From positions 1-64,000 of IMG/VR virus record IMGVR_UViG_3300017432_000006: 64,000 nucleotides of DNA; one strand, 5' to 3'. This stretch comes from a virus (taxonomy: Duplodnaviria; Caudoviricetes). Under the pieces are notes generated by a model. The model did no database searches and was not told the DNA's origin. It saw only the letters and a program-made list of their open reading frames with translations. Below are positions 30,004-39,711 of this stretch, piece by piece (positions within the stretch are counted from its first letter, which is position 1; each line of letters starts with the position of its first letter). The position numbers were made by a program, and so were the translations under genes.

Positions 30004-31194
30004 TTAGTATGTTGCAGAATATGTTGCTGAGTATCCACCCGCCGGAGGCGAGTAAACTGCTCTTCTCATTGTATTACCAAGTGCAAAAACAACGTTTCCT
30101 CTTGCTGTAGGACCCACGATAAAGTGTACTGTTGAAGTATTGTTTGTTGTGTCTCTGAAAATTTCAATCCATTCCGCGCCCTTACCTAGCGGGTTCACAA
30201 GAATGAGTGCTTGCACTTGCGCTGACGCGCCCTGAGTAGTCAAGAACATCGGTGCTGTCGAAAGGTGCTTCGACTTGAATGCGCAGTAAGCGATGCCCTG
30301 GGCTCCGGTGTTACCGGCCCATACTGCACCAAGACGAGAACCACCTTGCTTTCGGTATCCCTCACGTAGTAGTGTCTTTGTTGAATACGGAACACCGTCG
30401 GGTGCAAGTACGATTGCCTCTTCTGTCAAAGCGATAGTTGTTGACTGGAAAGTACCGGCTCCTGTCCATTCTGTAGGAACAGTGAATGAGTCCCACGTCA
30501 AACCATGGTCGTCTGAGTACATCACCAGAGACTTATTAGAAGCAAGGTGACCACTGGCGTCTCCGTAGGTAAACCAAATTCTGTCCCACTTCTTGTCGTA
30601 TGCTACTGCGTGACAGTGAAGGTTGACAACCCCTGGGAACATTACAGTAAGGTCTAGGATGACTCTCCATGTATTACCCGCGTCTTCTGACCAATACACT
30701 CTCGTTGCCTTGGCTGATTGATCTGTTCCTGAATCTGTTTGTACACCGTATTCGCATGTCACGATATAGTTTTCTGCGTGGCAGAACTGATTCATTCCCC
30801 ATACTGATCTGATGTACCCGGCCTGTGTCTGAAACACGTTTGTCCATGTGGCGGTTGCCGGATTTGGTGACCAGTTAGTGCTCTTGTACAAATAACCCGG
30901 ACTTGCTGTACCACCCTGACAAACAACAATGACTTCACCGTTGTCGAGGAACGTCATTCCTTCAATGTTGAAGGCAAACGTGTTAACTGTCGTCCAGTTA
31001 TCACCGTCGTCAACACTCTGGTAAAGTGTCTTCTGGTTGTCGGGGTTAGTCGTGATGCCTCGGGCGTAAATCTTTGTTGCGTCAGGAGACATACCGATAA
31101 GACGGTAGTTGGTTGACAATGTTGTCACTTCCGTCAAATAAGTATTTGTAAACCTTACCGGAATAGATGCTGGGTCAATTGTCTGTACTGTCAT
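30004..31194 (-). CDS. BNR/Asp-box beta-propeller protein (sialidase-like fold)
   Basis: Three Asp-boxes: QSVDDGDNW, WSEDAGNTW, YSDDHGLTW. Confidence 0.75.
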   Translation of the reverse strand: MTVQTIDPASIPVRFTNTYLTEVTTLSTNYRLIGMSPDATKIYARGITTNPDNQKTLYQSVDDGDNWTTVNTFAFNIEGMTFLDNGEVIVVCQGGTASPGYLYKSTNWSPNPATATWTNVFQTQAGYIRSVWGMNQFCHAENYIVTCEYGVQTDSGTDQSAKATRVYWSEDAGNTWRVILDLTVMFPGVVNLHCHAVAYDKKWDRIWFTYGDASGHLASNKSLVMYSDDHGLTWDSFTVPTEWTGAGTFQSTTIALTEEAIVLAPDGVPYSTKTLLREGYRKQGGSRLGAVWAGNTGAQGIAYCAFKSKHLSTAPMFLTTQGASAQVQALILVNPLGKGAEWIEIFRDTTNNTSTVHFIVGPTARGNVVFALGNTMRRAVYSPPAGGYSATYSATY

Positions 31195-31634
31195 ACTGTA
31201 ATCTCCGTATATACCATAATCGTTACTGCTCCCGACACTGCCTGCCCCGTAGGTGTTCGGGCATAAATCTTCTGTGTATTACCTGACGTATCGACAAACT
31301 GAGAACCGGCGGGTACCGTTGTCCATGTTGAAGGATAGTTACCGTTGGCATTTGTCGTATTGATGTAGGCGACCTGAATGTCTCTACCCTGTGTGTCAGG
31401 GTTTACGACTACCAACTTGGTACGCTTCTGTTCAACATATCTGATGACCGGCGGGTTTGCGTCATTCTTAGCCACCATTTTGTTGTACGAGTAGATAGTC
31501 GTCGGCAAAGGATTTGCTTTGAGGTCTCTCCACGTTCTGAATCTAACAGCAGAATCATTGACAGACGCTGCGATTAGAGCGAGTTCTGCGTTAAGTTCTG
31601 CTTGACTCTTAGGCACTTGTTGCACCATCCACAT
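31191..31634 (-). CDS. Hypothetical virion-associated protein
   Basis: 147 aa, overlapping both neighbours in the fibre block. Confidence 0.55.
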   Translation of the reverse strand: MWMVQQVPKSQAELNAELALIAASVNDSAVRFRTWRDLKANPLPTTIYSYNKMVAKNDANPPVIRYVEQKRTKLVVVNPDTQGRDIQVAYINTTNANGNYPSTWTTVPAGSQFVDTSGNTQKIYARTPTGQAVSGAVTIMVYTEITV

Positions 31635-32463
31635 ATGTCTTGAGGAAATCGGCCATGACCTTTGCTTGCGCTACTGTCTGCTCTAGTTGTGCAAGACTTC
31701 TTGGGTAAGCATAATTAGGTACTAGTGGTAGCGTTCCCATAACCGGTAGGTTTACCGTTGTCCCCCCGCCGCCCGTGTTCGCTGCGGCTGATGTACGAAG
31801 TGCCACAGGGAAACCGGCACCTGACGCCGCCGGTACAGACGAGAACATATCCTTAATCGCTACAGACGAAGCGGTAGCAACTGTCTGCTGCACAACTGTC
31901 AAGTTCGAATCAGAACCACCGGTTGCTGTGCTGACAGTTCCAGCAACAGTCATACCAGAAGGCGCATTGAATCCACCCGGCGCACCACCTGTTGTGTTCG
32001 ATGCAGCAATACCGATGTAAAGGTCGTCCGCATAACTTGTTGTAATTGCAGACAGTCTGACGCGAGGACCCGTTGTTGATGTAATTGCTACACCACTGTC
32101 GATCAGTGTTGCGTATGTTCCTGCTACGTCCAGTGTGGAACTTGCGATGTTAGATGTTCTGAATGACAATCCTAGGTGTCTTCCCGAAGCACCCCCGGCC
32201 CACGTCCATGACGTAGGCGCAGAAGCGGGTACTGTGTACTTCCATACCGACAACAGACCTGTTGTTGAATCAGCGGGTGCGCTGACAACAGTCCAGTCCG
32301 TAGGTGTTGTTGTGTATTGTGCTGTTCCTAGTCTGTGGTAGATAAATGCAAGAAGAACATCTCCCTCTACCGCGTTCGCAGGCTTGTTGAGAACTAATGA
32401 GGTACCGGAAGCCGAAACTCCCGTACCCACGTTTCCCGTACCTGTCAGAAGTGCTCCGGCCAT
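31609..32463 (-). CDS. Adhesin-like beta-sandwich protein
   Basis: KPANAVEGDVLLAFI...PTDWTVV...VWKY...PTSWTW pattern, related to the N-terminus of 23669..24901. Confidence 0.6.
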   Translation of the reverse strand: MAGALLTGTGNVGTGVSASGTSLVLNKPANAVEGDVLLAFIYHRLGTAQYTTTPTDWTVVSAPADSTTGLLSVWKYTVPASAPTSWTWAGGASGRHLGLSFRTSNIASSTLDVAGTYATLIDSGVAITSTTGPRVRLSAITTSYADDLYIGIAASNTTGGAPGGFNAPSGMTVAGTVSTATGGSDSNLTVVQQTVATASSVAIKDMFSSVPAASGAGFPVALRTSAAANTGGGGTTVNLPVMGTLPLVPNYAYPRSLAQLEQTVAQAKVMADFLKTYVDGATSA

Positions 32464-34271
32464 TACGCCACCACCTGTAGAATTGCTCTAGAGTCGTTGT
32501 TGATTACTTGGTTGGTGTTAGCCACACCAACCACGGCAGGATCGTTGAATCTGTCATAGGTGTTAAGTCCTAGTGCCACCGCGCGTGTACCCACAGAAGA
32601 ACCAACGTGAATTACCGGCTGGTCTGCTGCGTAGTTTGTCTGGTAGCGTGTGAACTTGTTGCCTTGAATGAGCAACTGGCTACCGCCGGTGATCATCAGG
32701 AATCCCTTGTCGCTCGCTGTAGGTGCGTTCATACCGCCCTTGAATGACATATTGCTAATGACGTGTCCAGTACCACCAGAAATCAACATCATCTTACCGT
32801 TGAATCGTGATGAGTCCTGAGCGTCAAGCGCAAGCATATCGAATGTCGAGTTGTATCCACCTTCAATGGTTAGTCCCCATCCAACAGTACGGGCAGTGAT
32901 CATGCACTTACCGATTGTTGACTTGGACAACATCGAACGCATAAACGGCGTTGCTGTCTGTGTCGATGTTGATGAAGCAGCGAATGAATAACCGTCGTGA
33001 CCGAAGACTGTTGTCTCTGATCCACCGAGGAAGATCGCTGTATCACCAATTGCCTGGAAGTGGGAAACACCGGTAGCGAATGAGCAGCCTGTGGTGTAAC
33101 CGTGCCATACAGTGCTAAAGTTCTTCCAGCCTGAGTCCTTGAACTCACAGTACCATAGTGTCTTACCGGCAATGTCAGAACCGCTCATGTTGTTTCTTGG
33201 CATCCAGTTAGTAGAAGAGCCGCCCTGCCATTGAATGTTATTCATGGTAATGTCTCTTGGCGAACCGTCGGAAGGATATGACTGACTTGTCTGTCCGTCT
33301 GCCGGGAATGCCAGTGCATTTGAACCTGATCCACCTTGCCAGTTCCAAATAGTACCACGCTGGAACTCTCTGGAAGGACCCTCGCGGCCTAGGATCGTAG
33401 CACCACTGTACAGCGAAACGGGTACGGTTGTGTTGATCTGTCGGGCTGGTAGTCTAACTGCTCTTGATGGTCCGCCGTTGTGATCACGAAGGTATGCATT
33501 AAGTGCTGTCACGCGAGCGTTGTCATCAGAACCGAAGTCATCGAATGATCTTTCACCGACGCTCATCAGAATGCTGTTAACGTCTACTGTTGTGCTACCG
33601 CTTGATGCTGGTAGTTGTGCTGCCGGTACCTTACCGTCAACAAGATCAGCCTTAAGGGCTAGTGCTGTTGACGTAGCCGCTGAAATAGGCTTCGCTGAGT
33701 CACTGGTGTTATCCACGTTACCTAGACCAACGTCACCCTTGACAAGACTTACTGATCCTGTCTTACCCGCTACTGATGTTACGTCAGCAGTCAAGGTAAT
33801 TGTGTCCCCTGCGTCGTCGGCAGTAACGGTAAGGCCGACCCCTCTCAAGGCGGTAGCAATACTGTCTCTTACTACCTCTGGGTCTGTTGTCCCGCCACTT
33901 GCTGTTACTGTTGCAGAAAGTGTGTTCGATGCGTCGTTGTAGTTCCAGGTAATACCTGTGTGGCTACCACTGGTAATCAAAGACGCTACCGCGTCCTGCA
34001 CGGCTTCTGTTAAATCTGTTACCTGTGCAGAAGTGTGAGTGTGGCCGGACAGTGCGAGTGTCGGACCTCTCTTAGTCCATACGTTTGAGACCTTTTCGTA
34101 CCAGTCTCCGCTTACTGTATCTCTGTACCAATTACCATTTGCTCCCAGACCGTTTGCTGGCACGCCGCTTCCAGAAAGAGTTGTTGTCCCCCCGCCGGTT
34201 CCCCCTGAGCCTGCTGGTCCCTGCATACCAGGAATCTTGATAATAAGTACGTCTGTGTTTAGCAGTACCAT
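32463..34271 (-). CDS. Fibre/tailspike protein with C-terminal beta-helix
   Basis: PGMQGPAG start; VGLGNVDNTSD repeat; VDGKVPAAQLP motif; then a beta-helix-like region. Confidence 0.75.
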   Translation of the reverse strand: MVLLNTDVLIIKIPGMQGPAGSGGTGGGTTTLSGSGVPANGLGANGNWYRDTVSGDWYEKVSNVWTKRGPTLALSGHTHTSAQVTDLTEAVQDAVASLITSGSHTGITWNYNDASNTLSATVTASGGTTDPEVVRDSIATALRGVGLTVTADDAGDTITLTADVTSVAGKTGSVSLVKGDVGLGNVDNTSDSAKPISAATSTALALKADLVDGKVPAAQLPASSGSTTVDVNSILMSVGERSFDDFGSDDNARVTALNAYLRDHNGGPSRAVRLPARQINTTVPVSLYSGATILGREGPSREFQRGTIWNWQGGSGSNALAFPADGQTSQSYPSDGSPRDITMNNIQWQGGSSTNWMPRNNMSGSDIAGKTLWYCEFKDSGWKNFSTVWHGYTTGCSFATGVSHFQAIGDTAIFLGGSETTVFGHDGYSFAASSTSTQTATPFMRSMLSKSTIGKCMITARTVGWGLTIEGGYNSTFDMLALDAQDSSRFNGKMMLISGGTGHVISNMSFKGGMNAPTASDKGFLMITGGSQLLIQGNKFTRYQTNYAADQPVIHVGSSVGTRAVALGLNTYDRFNDPAVVGVANTNQVINNDSRAILQVVA

Positions 34272-34552
34272 TATGCTCCTATCGTAATAATTCCGTTATT
34301 TAGAATTGACTCAGTGTTGTTGATGACAACCGCTATCTTGTAGAAGAGTCTGTCGTAAGGGATAGCGAGGGTTGCGGCTGTGTCTAGTTCAAGAACAGCC
34401 TTCAATCCGTCAAAGGGCAGTTCTGCCTTTTGTACGTCATTGCCGTACTCTAGATAAATGAAGACTTTGGCATCTTGACGGAACACGGGTCTGCCGTTGC
34501 TGTCAATGAAGTTGATTTCTTCTCTAAAGTGCTGACCACGGGTGATGTGCAT
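34271..34552 (-). CDS. BppU-like small adaptor
   Basis: ITRGQHFREEINF...LELDTAATLAIP...YKIAV...GIITI Ig-like adaptor pattern. Confidence 0.5.
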   Translation of the reverse strand: MHITRGQHFREEINFIDSNGRPVFRQDAKVFIYLEYGNDVQKAELPFDGLKAVLELDTAATLAIPYDRLFYKIAVVINNTESILNNGIITIGA

Positions 34553-34941
34553 TACTGGTTAGTCACCTGCGATAGAATCTGTACGTCACCCGTAAGGAAC
34601 GTTCTTGAATCGCCGTTCACATTGGCGATCTGCAAGTCATAGATGTAGAAGTCTTCGGTCAATGTTCTTGACTGAGATGAAGGAATGTAAATCCTGATGT
34701 GGTTAGCCCCATCAAGCAACTTGACTTCTGTAAAAATAGTTATGCCTGTCTCTTGCTCGTATGAAGTCTTGAACTCCATGCTCGGGGTATACCCCGTTAG
34801 GTCAATGGTACCGGCGTCGTCTCTGAGTTCGATAAATGCCTCGAAGTAGTCGCCTCGGTACAACTTAATGTCGAAGTTGGACGGCATGTTGCCAGAACCA
34901 ATTGTGTCTTCTGCCGGTTGACCCGGAAATACAATGTCCAT
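34552..34941 (-). CDS. BppU N-terminal-like adaptor
   Basis: IKLYRGDYF...IDLTGY...IYIPSSQSRTL...YDLQI...RTFLTGDVQI. Confidence 0.7.
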   Translation of the reverse strand: MDIVFPGQPAEDTIGSGNMPSNFDIKLYRGDYFEAFIELRDDAGTIDLTGYTPSMEFKTSYEQETGITIFTEVKLLDGANHIRIYIPSSQSRTLTEDFYIYDLQIANVNGDSRTFLTGDVQILSQVTNQ

Positions 34942-35072
34942 ATTCTCTCCTTTGCTTTAGTTCATTATATGGTTGATACCAGCGATTTCAAAACCCCGCC
35001 GCCGGAACTTTACCACTTTTACCGGAGAATTGAACAATTACCTTGTTGTCTTCCAATGACGTACTACTGTGA

Positions 35073-35128
35073 GTGACCAGTATCACTTTCCGATACTTTG
35101 GTGGTACTACAATCGTGATACTGGTCAC
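35073..35128. repeat. Perfect 14-bp inverted repeat with 28-nt loop
   Basis: GTGACCAGTATCAC (35073-35086) / GTGATACTGGTCAC (35115-35128). Confidence 0.8.
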
Positions 35129-35142
35129 CCTAGTAGGAAACA

Positions 35143-35568
35143 TCAACTGTAGAAGTCCGCTGCTTCTTTTGGTGATGCCACTCTAAACCCGCCGACGTTC
35201 TCTATCAAGTGATCCGCCAACTTCGTGTCTACCAACTGGAAGGGGTTACTTCTCTCAAAGCGTAGCCCCTCTGTCTCATATGATGGGTTCTTACGTGTCA
35301 TCACGATAAGAGTCTTTGTTGGTACTGCTGGTACTTCTGTGAATGGGTCTGCTACTCCCGCGACAACCGCCGGGTGGCTTGCTGATACCTGACTCGCTGC
35401 TACTTGTACGTCCTCTTCGGGCTCAGGCTGCTTAATATCACTATCGGTGATTCCGTCTTCTCTCAGTGCCTCGATGAGCGCGACCTTAGAGTCGTTGTAC
35501 TTCGTCTCTACTCCGTAATGCTTCGCCATCTCGAACAGCGCCTTACGGTCCAAATCTTCTAGTCTCAT
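35143..35568 (-). CDS. Rho-N/SAP-like domain protein following the capsid gene
   Basis: LEDLDRKALFEMAKHYGVETKYNDSKVALIEAL helix-extension-helix pattern. Confidence 0.6.
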   Translation of the reverse strand: MRLEDLDRKALFEMAKHYGVETKYNDSKVALIEALREDGITDSDIKQPEPEEDVQVAASQVSASHPAVVAGVADPFTEVPAVPTKTLIVMTRKNPSYETEGLRFERSNPFQLVDTKLADHLIENVGGFRVASPKEAADFYS

Positions 35569-35625
35569 AGTTGTATATCCTTTCGTTTCATTTATTGTAT
35601 CAGAGTGACCTAGAGAAACAAATAA

Positions 35626-35645
35626 CCCCCGGCCTAAGCCGGGGG
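35626..35645 (-). terminator. Intrinsic terminator after major capsid gene
   Basis: CCCCCGGC-ttag-GCCGGGGG then TTATTTGTTT on the minus strand. Confidence 0.8.
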
Positions 35646-35670
35646 CATTTGTTGGTTGGTTCGACTAAGA

Positions 35671-36702
35671 TCAGTCAGCCAACTTGAGGTTTGTTGTCAC
35701 AACGAAGGCATCTGTGTTCTCGACGCCTACGCCAACGCGGGTGAAGACTGTGAACTCAGTTGTGTCCTTCTTTGGACGGAACTCGCGGAAGACCTGAATC
35801 TCGCGCTTAACAGCCCAGATAAGGTTCTTAGGGTCTGTTAGCCATACGTCGGCGTGCTGTTCACCAGTCGCACCGCTGTATGTTCCAGTTCTGAACTCAT
35901 CGAACTTAGGTACTTCCTGTAGAGGAATTCCGAATGCCTGACCAGTCGTGTAACCGGCTGGACCCTGCGTACGGACTGGACCGTTAGCGATGATACCGTT
36001 TCCAACAGCCTCAATGTAGTTTCCAGAAGTACCGTCAGCCAGGCTGAATAGGTAGTCCTGAATTACACCGGAACCTGTGAGGAATCGTAGAGCCGGACGC
36101 TGCTGCATGAACTTACGAGGCATCTTCTTAAGGGCTCTGTTGAACAGTGCTCTGTTGATACCCTGTCCACCGTGGTCAAGAACGTGGGCTGCTCCTTCTT
36201 CGTTACCTTCAAGAGCAATCTTTCTCCAGCCGTCGAATACACGAAGTAGTGGGTCTGTTGAAGCCTTGTCACCGTTAATAGCAAGGTCCTCAAGGTCGTT
36301 ACCGGCCTGAGTCGCCATTAGACGTGCAATGTGGTCTTCAAGAGCCTCTCCTTCGATGTTATCTTCCAGTGACTCGGTTGAGATTTCCCAATCGAGACGT
36401 AGTTTCTTCGTTGTCAATGACAACTTGGAGAAGATGACACCCTGGTTCTCACCTGTGTCAACGGCTTCGGTAGCACCACGTAGTAGTCGCTGACCAACAC
36501 CGATCTTGTCGATTTCTACTTCATTGGCCGTCATACGGATCGTACGAACCTGACTTCCAAGAACTGTAGCATCCCACATGTAGTCGATGAATCGGTCTGA
36601 CTGTGCTGCGTTTAGTAGGCCGGACCCGGCGGGGTTACCAATCTCGGTAGAGACGATAACCTTTTCAAGTAGTTCTTCTTTGTTATCCACTGTAAATTTC
36701 AC
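35671..36702 (-). CDS. Major capsid protein (HK97 fold)
   Basis: GLLNAAQSDRFIDYMWDATVL...LTTKKLRLDWEISTESLEDNIEGEALEDHI...TDPKNLIW. Confidence 0.93.
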   Translation of the reverse strand: MKFTVDNKEELLEKVIVSTEIGNPAGSGLLNAAQSDRFIDYMWDATVLGSQVRTIRMTANEVEIDKIGVGQRLLRGATEAVDTGENQGVIFSKLSLTTKKLRLDWEISTESLEDNIEGEALEDHIARLMATQAGNDLEDLAINGDKASTDPLLRVFDGWRKIALEGNEEGAAHVLDHGGQGINRALFNRALKKMPRKFMQQRPALRFLTGSGVIQDYLFSLADGTSGNYIEAVGNGIIANGPVRTQGPAGYTTGQAFGIPLQEVPKFDEFRTGTYSGATGEQHADVWLTDPKNLIWAVKREIQVFREFRPKKDTTEFTVFTRVGVGVENTDAFVVTTNLKLAD

Positions 36703-36748
36703 TTCCTTTCAATTCTATAGTTTAGTTTGGTATTGCTAAAGGACTGAC

Positions 36749-38092
36749 TCAGAGGTTGTCCACTGAGAAGATTGAGCCGCCCCATGTACCGCCACTACTC
36801 TTAGTGATGGTATTTTCACTTGCTGATCCGCCAAGATCGCCAGATTTCTTAGATGCAGTTGTCTTTGCAACCTGACCAAGACTCTTTTCTACAGTCTCGA
36901 CCTTGCCTGACAACTCATCAAACTTCTTTCTAAGACCCTCGCCGTCGGCGCGTAGTTCATTGAACTTCGTCTCGAAAGCGTCTACAGTCTTAGCAAACTT
37001 GTCTTCTAGACCCTCTAGGGCTTCCTTGTGCTCGCGCTGGCCCTTTTCAAGAGTCTCTTTAATCTTGTCCTGAAACTCGGAAATTGTCTTGACAATCTCA
37101 TCGTCGGTAGTGTCCTTGTCCTCGTCCTCAGCCTTGTCCTCATCTGACTTCTCGTCAGTTGTCTCTTCTGCTGGCTCCGTTGACTCTGCACCTGCTGGAA
37201 CGTCTACGATCTGGTCGTCGCTCTCAGTCTTGGTTGCTTCCTCTACCGGAAGGTCTTCGGCTGACGCACTGTCAACAGTTGCGTTGACCTCTTCATTGTC
37301 GCCGTGGTGTAGTTCTTCGTTATCTGCCACTTCGTTTCCTCCTTCCTCGGAATCCTTGAATGACTTGACGATCTGACGAACCTTGGCGACGTTTTCTTCG
37401 TCCCCGGCGGTCTCAAACCAGCCAATATTTTCCATTGGACGTGAGCAGATAGTACAGTCTGTCTTCTCCAATGTAGTCTTAATGGCAACTCCATCTGTCT
37501 TGCAGTACAGGACGTTGCGAATATCGATGTTAACGATTTCTCCCTCAACAACTGTGTTGTCAGAACCAGCAACCTTTTGAATGCTGAATACGTTGGCTAG
37601 TTGGTTGGCTCCCGCGTCACAAAGACTTAGTTCTGTGAGGTCATACTTAGTGATGACTCTTACCTGATGTGCCTTACCATCTGCTGACTTGCGGATTTCT
37701 GACTTGGACTCCTTGACGCTACCGCCGATGCTGAAAGCCTGTAGGGTTCCGTCAATGACCTTTTCCCATACCAAAGGAGAACCCTTTGAAATGTAAGCGT
37801 CAACGTAGATACCGCGATATACCTTGTCATCGTCGGCTGAGTAGTATTCTTCTTCTCTGTGGTTGAGCACCTTACCAATAGCGATATTGGTGTGTGACTC
37901 ACGAAGGTTGAATCGTGACTTGTCAAAAGCCTCCTTAGAAGCCTCCGCCGTCACTACGTCACCCTGGGTATCAACATTGTCCAATGTTGCGAAACCAGAT
38001 ACGATGCGCTTATCTTCGTTTACCTTGGCAAACGGCACTGTCAGTTGCAGTGCAGGTCCGGCTACATCGAAGTGAGTCTTCTTAATCTCCAT
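36749..38092 (-). CDS. Prohead protease with acidic scaffold C-terminus
   Basis: RIVSGFATLDNVDTQGD...LRESH...FSIGG...ELSLCD..AN, HK97-type protease; acidic coiled-coil tail. Confidence 0.88.
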   Translation of the reverse strand: MEIKKTHFDVAGPALQLTVPFAKVNEDKRIVSGFATLDNVDTQGDVVTAEASKEAFDKSRFNLRESHTNIAIGKVLNHREEEYYSADDDKVYRGIYVDAYISKGSPLVWEKVIDGTLQAFSIGGSVKESKSEIRKSADGKAHQVRVITKYDLTELSLCDAGANQLANVFSIQKVAGSDNTVVEGEIVNIDIRNVLYCKTDGVAIKTTLEKTDCTICSRPMENIGWFETAGDEENVAKVRQIVKSFKDSEEGGNEVADNEELHHGDNEEVNATVDSASAEDLPVEEATKTESDDQIVDVPAGAESTEPAEETTDEKSDEDKAEDEDKDTTDDEIVKTISEFQDKIKETLEKGQREHKEALEGLEDKFAKTVDAFETKFNELRADGEGLRKKFDELSGKVETVEKSLGQVAKTTASKKSGDLGGSASENTITKSSGGTWGGSIFSVDNL

Positions 38093-38139
38093 GTGATAAA
38101 TCGTAACACTGTGTTTTCGAAAAGCAAAAAACTTTTCTT

Positions 38140-39711
38140 TTACGCAGTTGTACGTCCTTCTCCCTGTGTATTTCTCGCTTCGCCTGTCGAGTCAGTTCTG
38201 TTTGCCGCTCTTGTGGTGTCTCTTTCACGCGAGTTGGTTGCTTCTGCCTTCATATCTGCCTGTTGCTGACCAGAAAGAATAATCGGGTCATCCCCGCCCT
38301 CGCGGGCAGGAAGTCCTTGCTTCGCGCGAACTTCATTCGGTACATACACACCTGTTGCAAGATATGTTTGGTCGATTGCTGCACGCTGCTGTTCGTCAGA
38401 TAGACTCATCTCGATCAACTTGAATCTCAATGCTTCTGTTTTCTCTGCGACCAGTTTGTTGATCTTCTTCTCGATGATCAGTTGCTCAGGCTCCACGACC
38501 TGTGTAGAGAATGTCTTATCGGCATCACGCGCTGCGGCTAGTCCCATACCTTCTGCTGCTGAGACCTTGCTGATAGGTACACGGTTAGCAGTCAAGATAT
38601 CGCTGATGTTTGCCTTGCGGTAATCACCGAAAGATGAATCTTGGGTCCCGGCCTCTACCGGCTTCATCTCAAATGAGACCTTACGCTCATTAGTGTCTGC
38701 TGGGAGCGGGATATAAATGGTTCTGTGGTTCTTACCCTTGACACCTTCAAAGAACTCGATAAGACTGTTCTCTGATGCAGACGACATGTTTCCACCTTTG
38801 ACGATGATGACGTAACGGGGGACTGCCTTGTTCTCGAAGTAGTCTAGGTTGTAGATATTGGCAAATCTGTTACCAGCAACCGCCGGTAGCGCAGAGATGA
38901 TATCTGGTACACCGTAGTAACCCGATGTAGGGCTGTACTTCTTGAAGTGCATTATTTCGTTAGGCTCTTCATCACCTACGGGGTTGTCTGTGTCAAGGTC
39001 TCCGAAGTTGCGGAAGAATACTGCCTTGTTAGAAACCATCTGTACGAAACCGTCGCGCTCCTTGCGAAGACGAATCGTAGTTGCAGGAATGTGACCGATG
39101 TATCCAATCTCACCAAAGACTGTACGACCAATTTCCAGGTAACCGTTACCTGTTGCTTCGTAGTCAGTGATGACCTTCATCAAAGTCTCTGTGATAGTAT
39201 CGTCCTGGTTGCAGGAATCGATCCAATCGTAGATATCGTTCTTGTGACGCTCTAGGTTACGACGAATAGAGTTGACTCTATCTGGTCCCGTCGCTCTGTC
39301 TACCTTCTGACGTGTCTTGTGGCTTTCTACAAAGTCAAAGCCTAGTCCTACGATGTGAGAGACCTTTGTCTTGACCGCCGCGTAGTGTGTGGGGTCTTCG
39401 ATGTACAGACGTGCCAGGTAGTCCATATTGAATCCCGGCTGGACGATACCCAATAGGTTATAAGCGCCTACGTCGTCCCACTCTACTCTTGTCGAACGGG
39501 CTCCCTCATATCCTTCCGCGCGCTTCTCAATTCTTGAAGCACGCTTCTTGACACTTGGCTTGAGTCCCGCGATCTTGGTGATATCGACGTCGAATGTGTC
39601 TTGAGGGGTAACGGGTAGGTTACGCGAACTGCCCAACCTTACGTTAATCTCTTTCTCAACTAGTTCTGCTCGGGCACGCTGACGTGTTCCCGCTACCTTT
39701 GGCTCATTCAT
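38140..39711 (-). CDS. Portal protein (PBSX-like)
   Basis: DYEATGNGYLEI...HIPATTIR...YYGVPDI...YNLDYFENKAVPRY...PNEVR. Confidence 0.92.
   Translation of the reverse strand: MNEPKVAGTRQRARAELVEKEINVRLGSSRNLPVTPQDTFDVDITKIAGLKPSVKKRASRIEKRAEGYEGARSTRVEWDDVGAYNLLGIVQPGFNMDYLARLYIEDPTHYAAVKTKVSHIVGLGFDFVESHKTRQKVDRATGPDRVNSIRRNLERHKNDIYDWIDSCNQDDTITETLMKVITDYEATGNGYLEIGRTVFGEIGYIGHIPATTIRLRKERDGFVQMVSNKAVFFRNFGDLDTDNPVGDEEPNEIMHFKKYSPTSGYYGVPDIISALPAVAGNRFANIYNLDYFENKAVPRYVIIVKGGNMSSASENSLIEFFEGVKGKNHRTIYIPLPADTNERKVSFEMKPVEAGTQDSSFGDYRKANISDILTANRVPISKVSAAEGMGLAAARDADKTFSTQVVEPEQLIIEKKINKLVAEKTEALRFKLIEMSLSDEQQRAAIDQTYLATGVYVPNEVRAKQGLPAREGGDDPIILSGQQQADMKAEATNSRERDTTRAANRTDSTGEARNTQGEGRTTA

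Noticed and set aside
2241-34287. Numerous 60-170 aa ORFs antisense to or nested within the long structural genes
   Set aside because: They are shadows of strongly supported genes, with no motifs or RBS.
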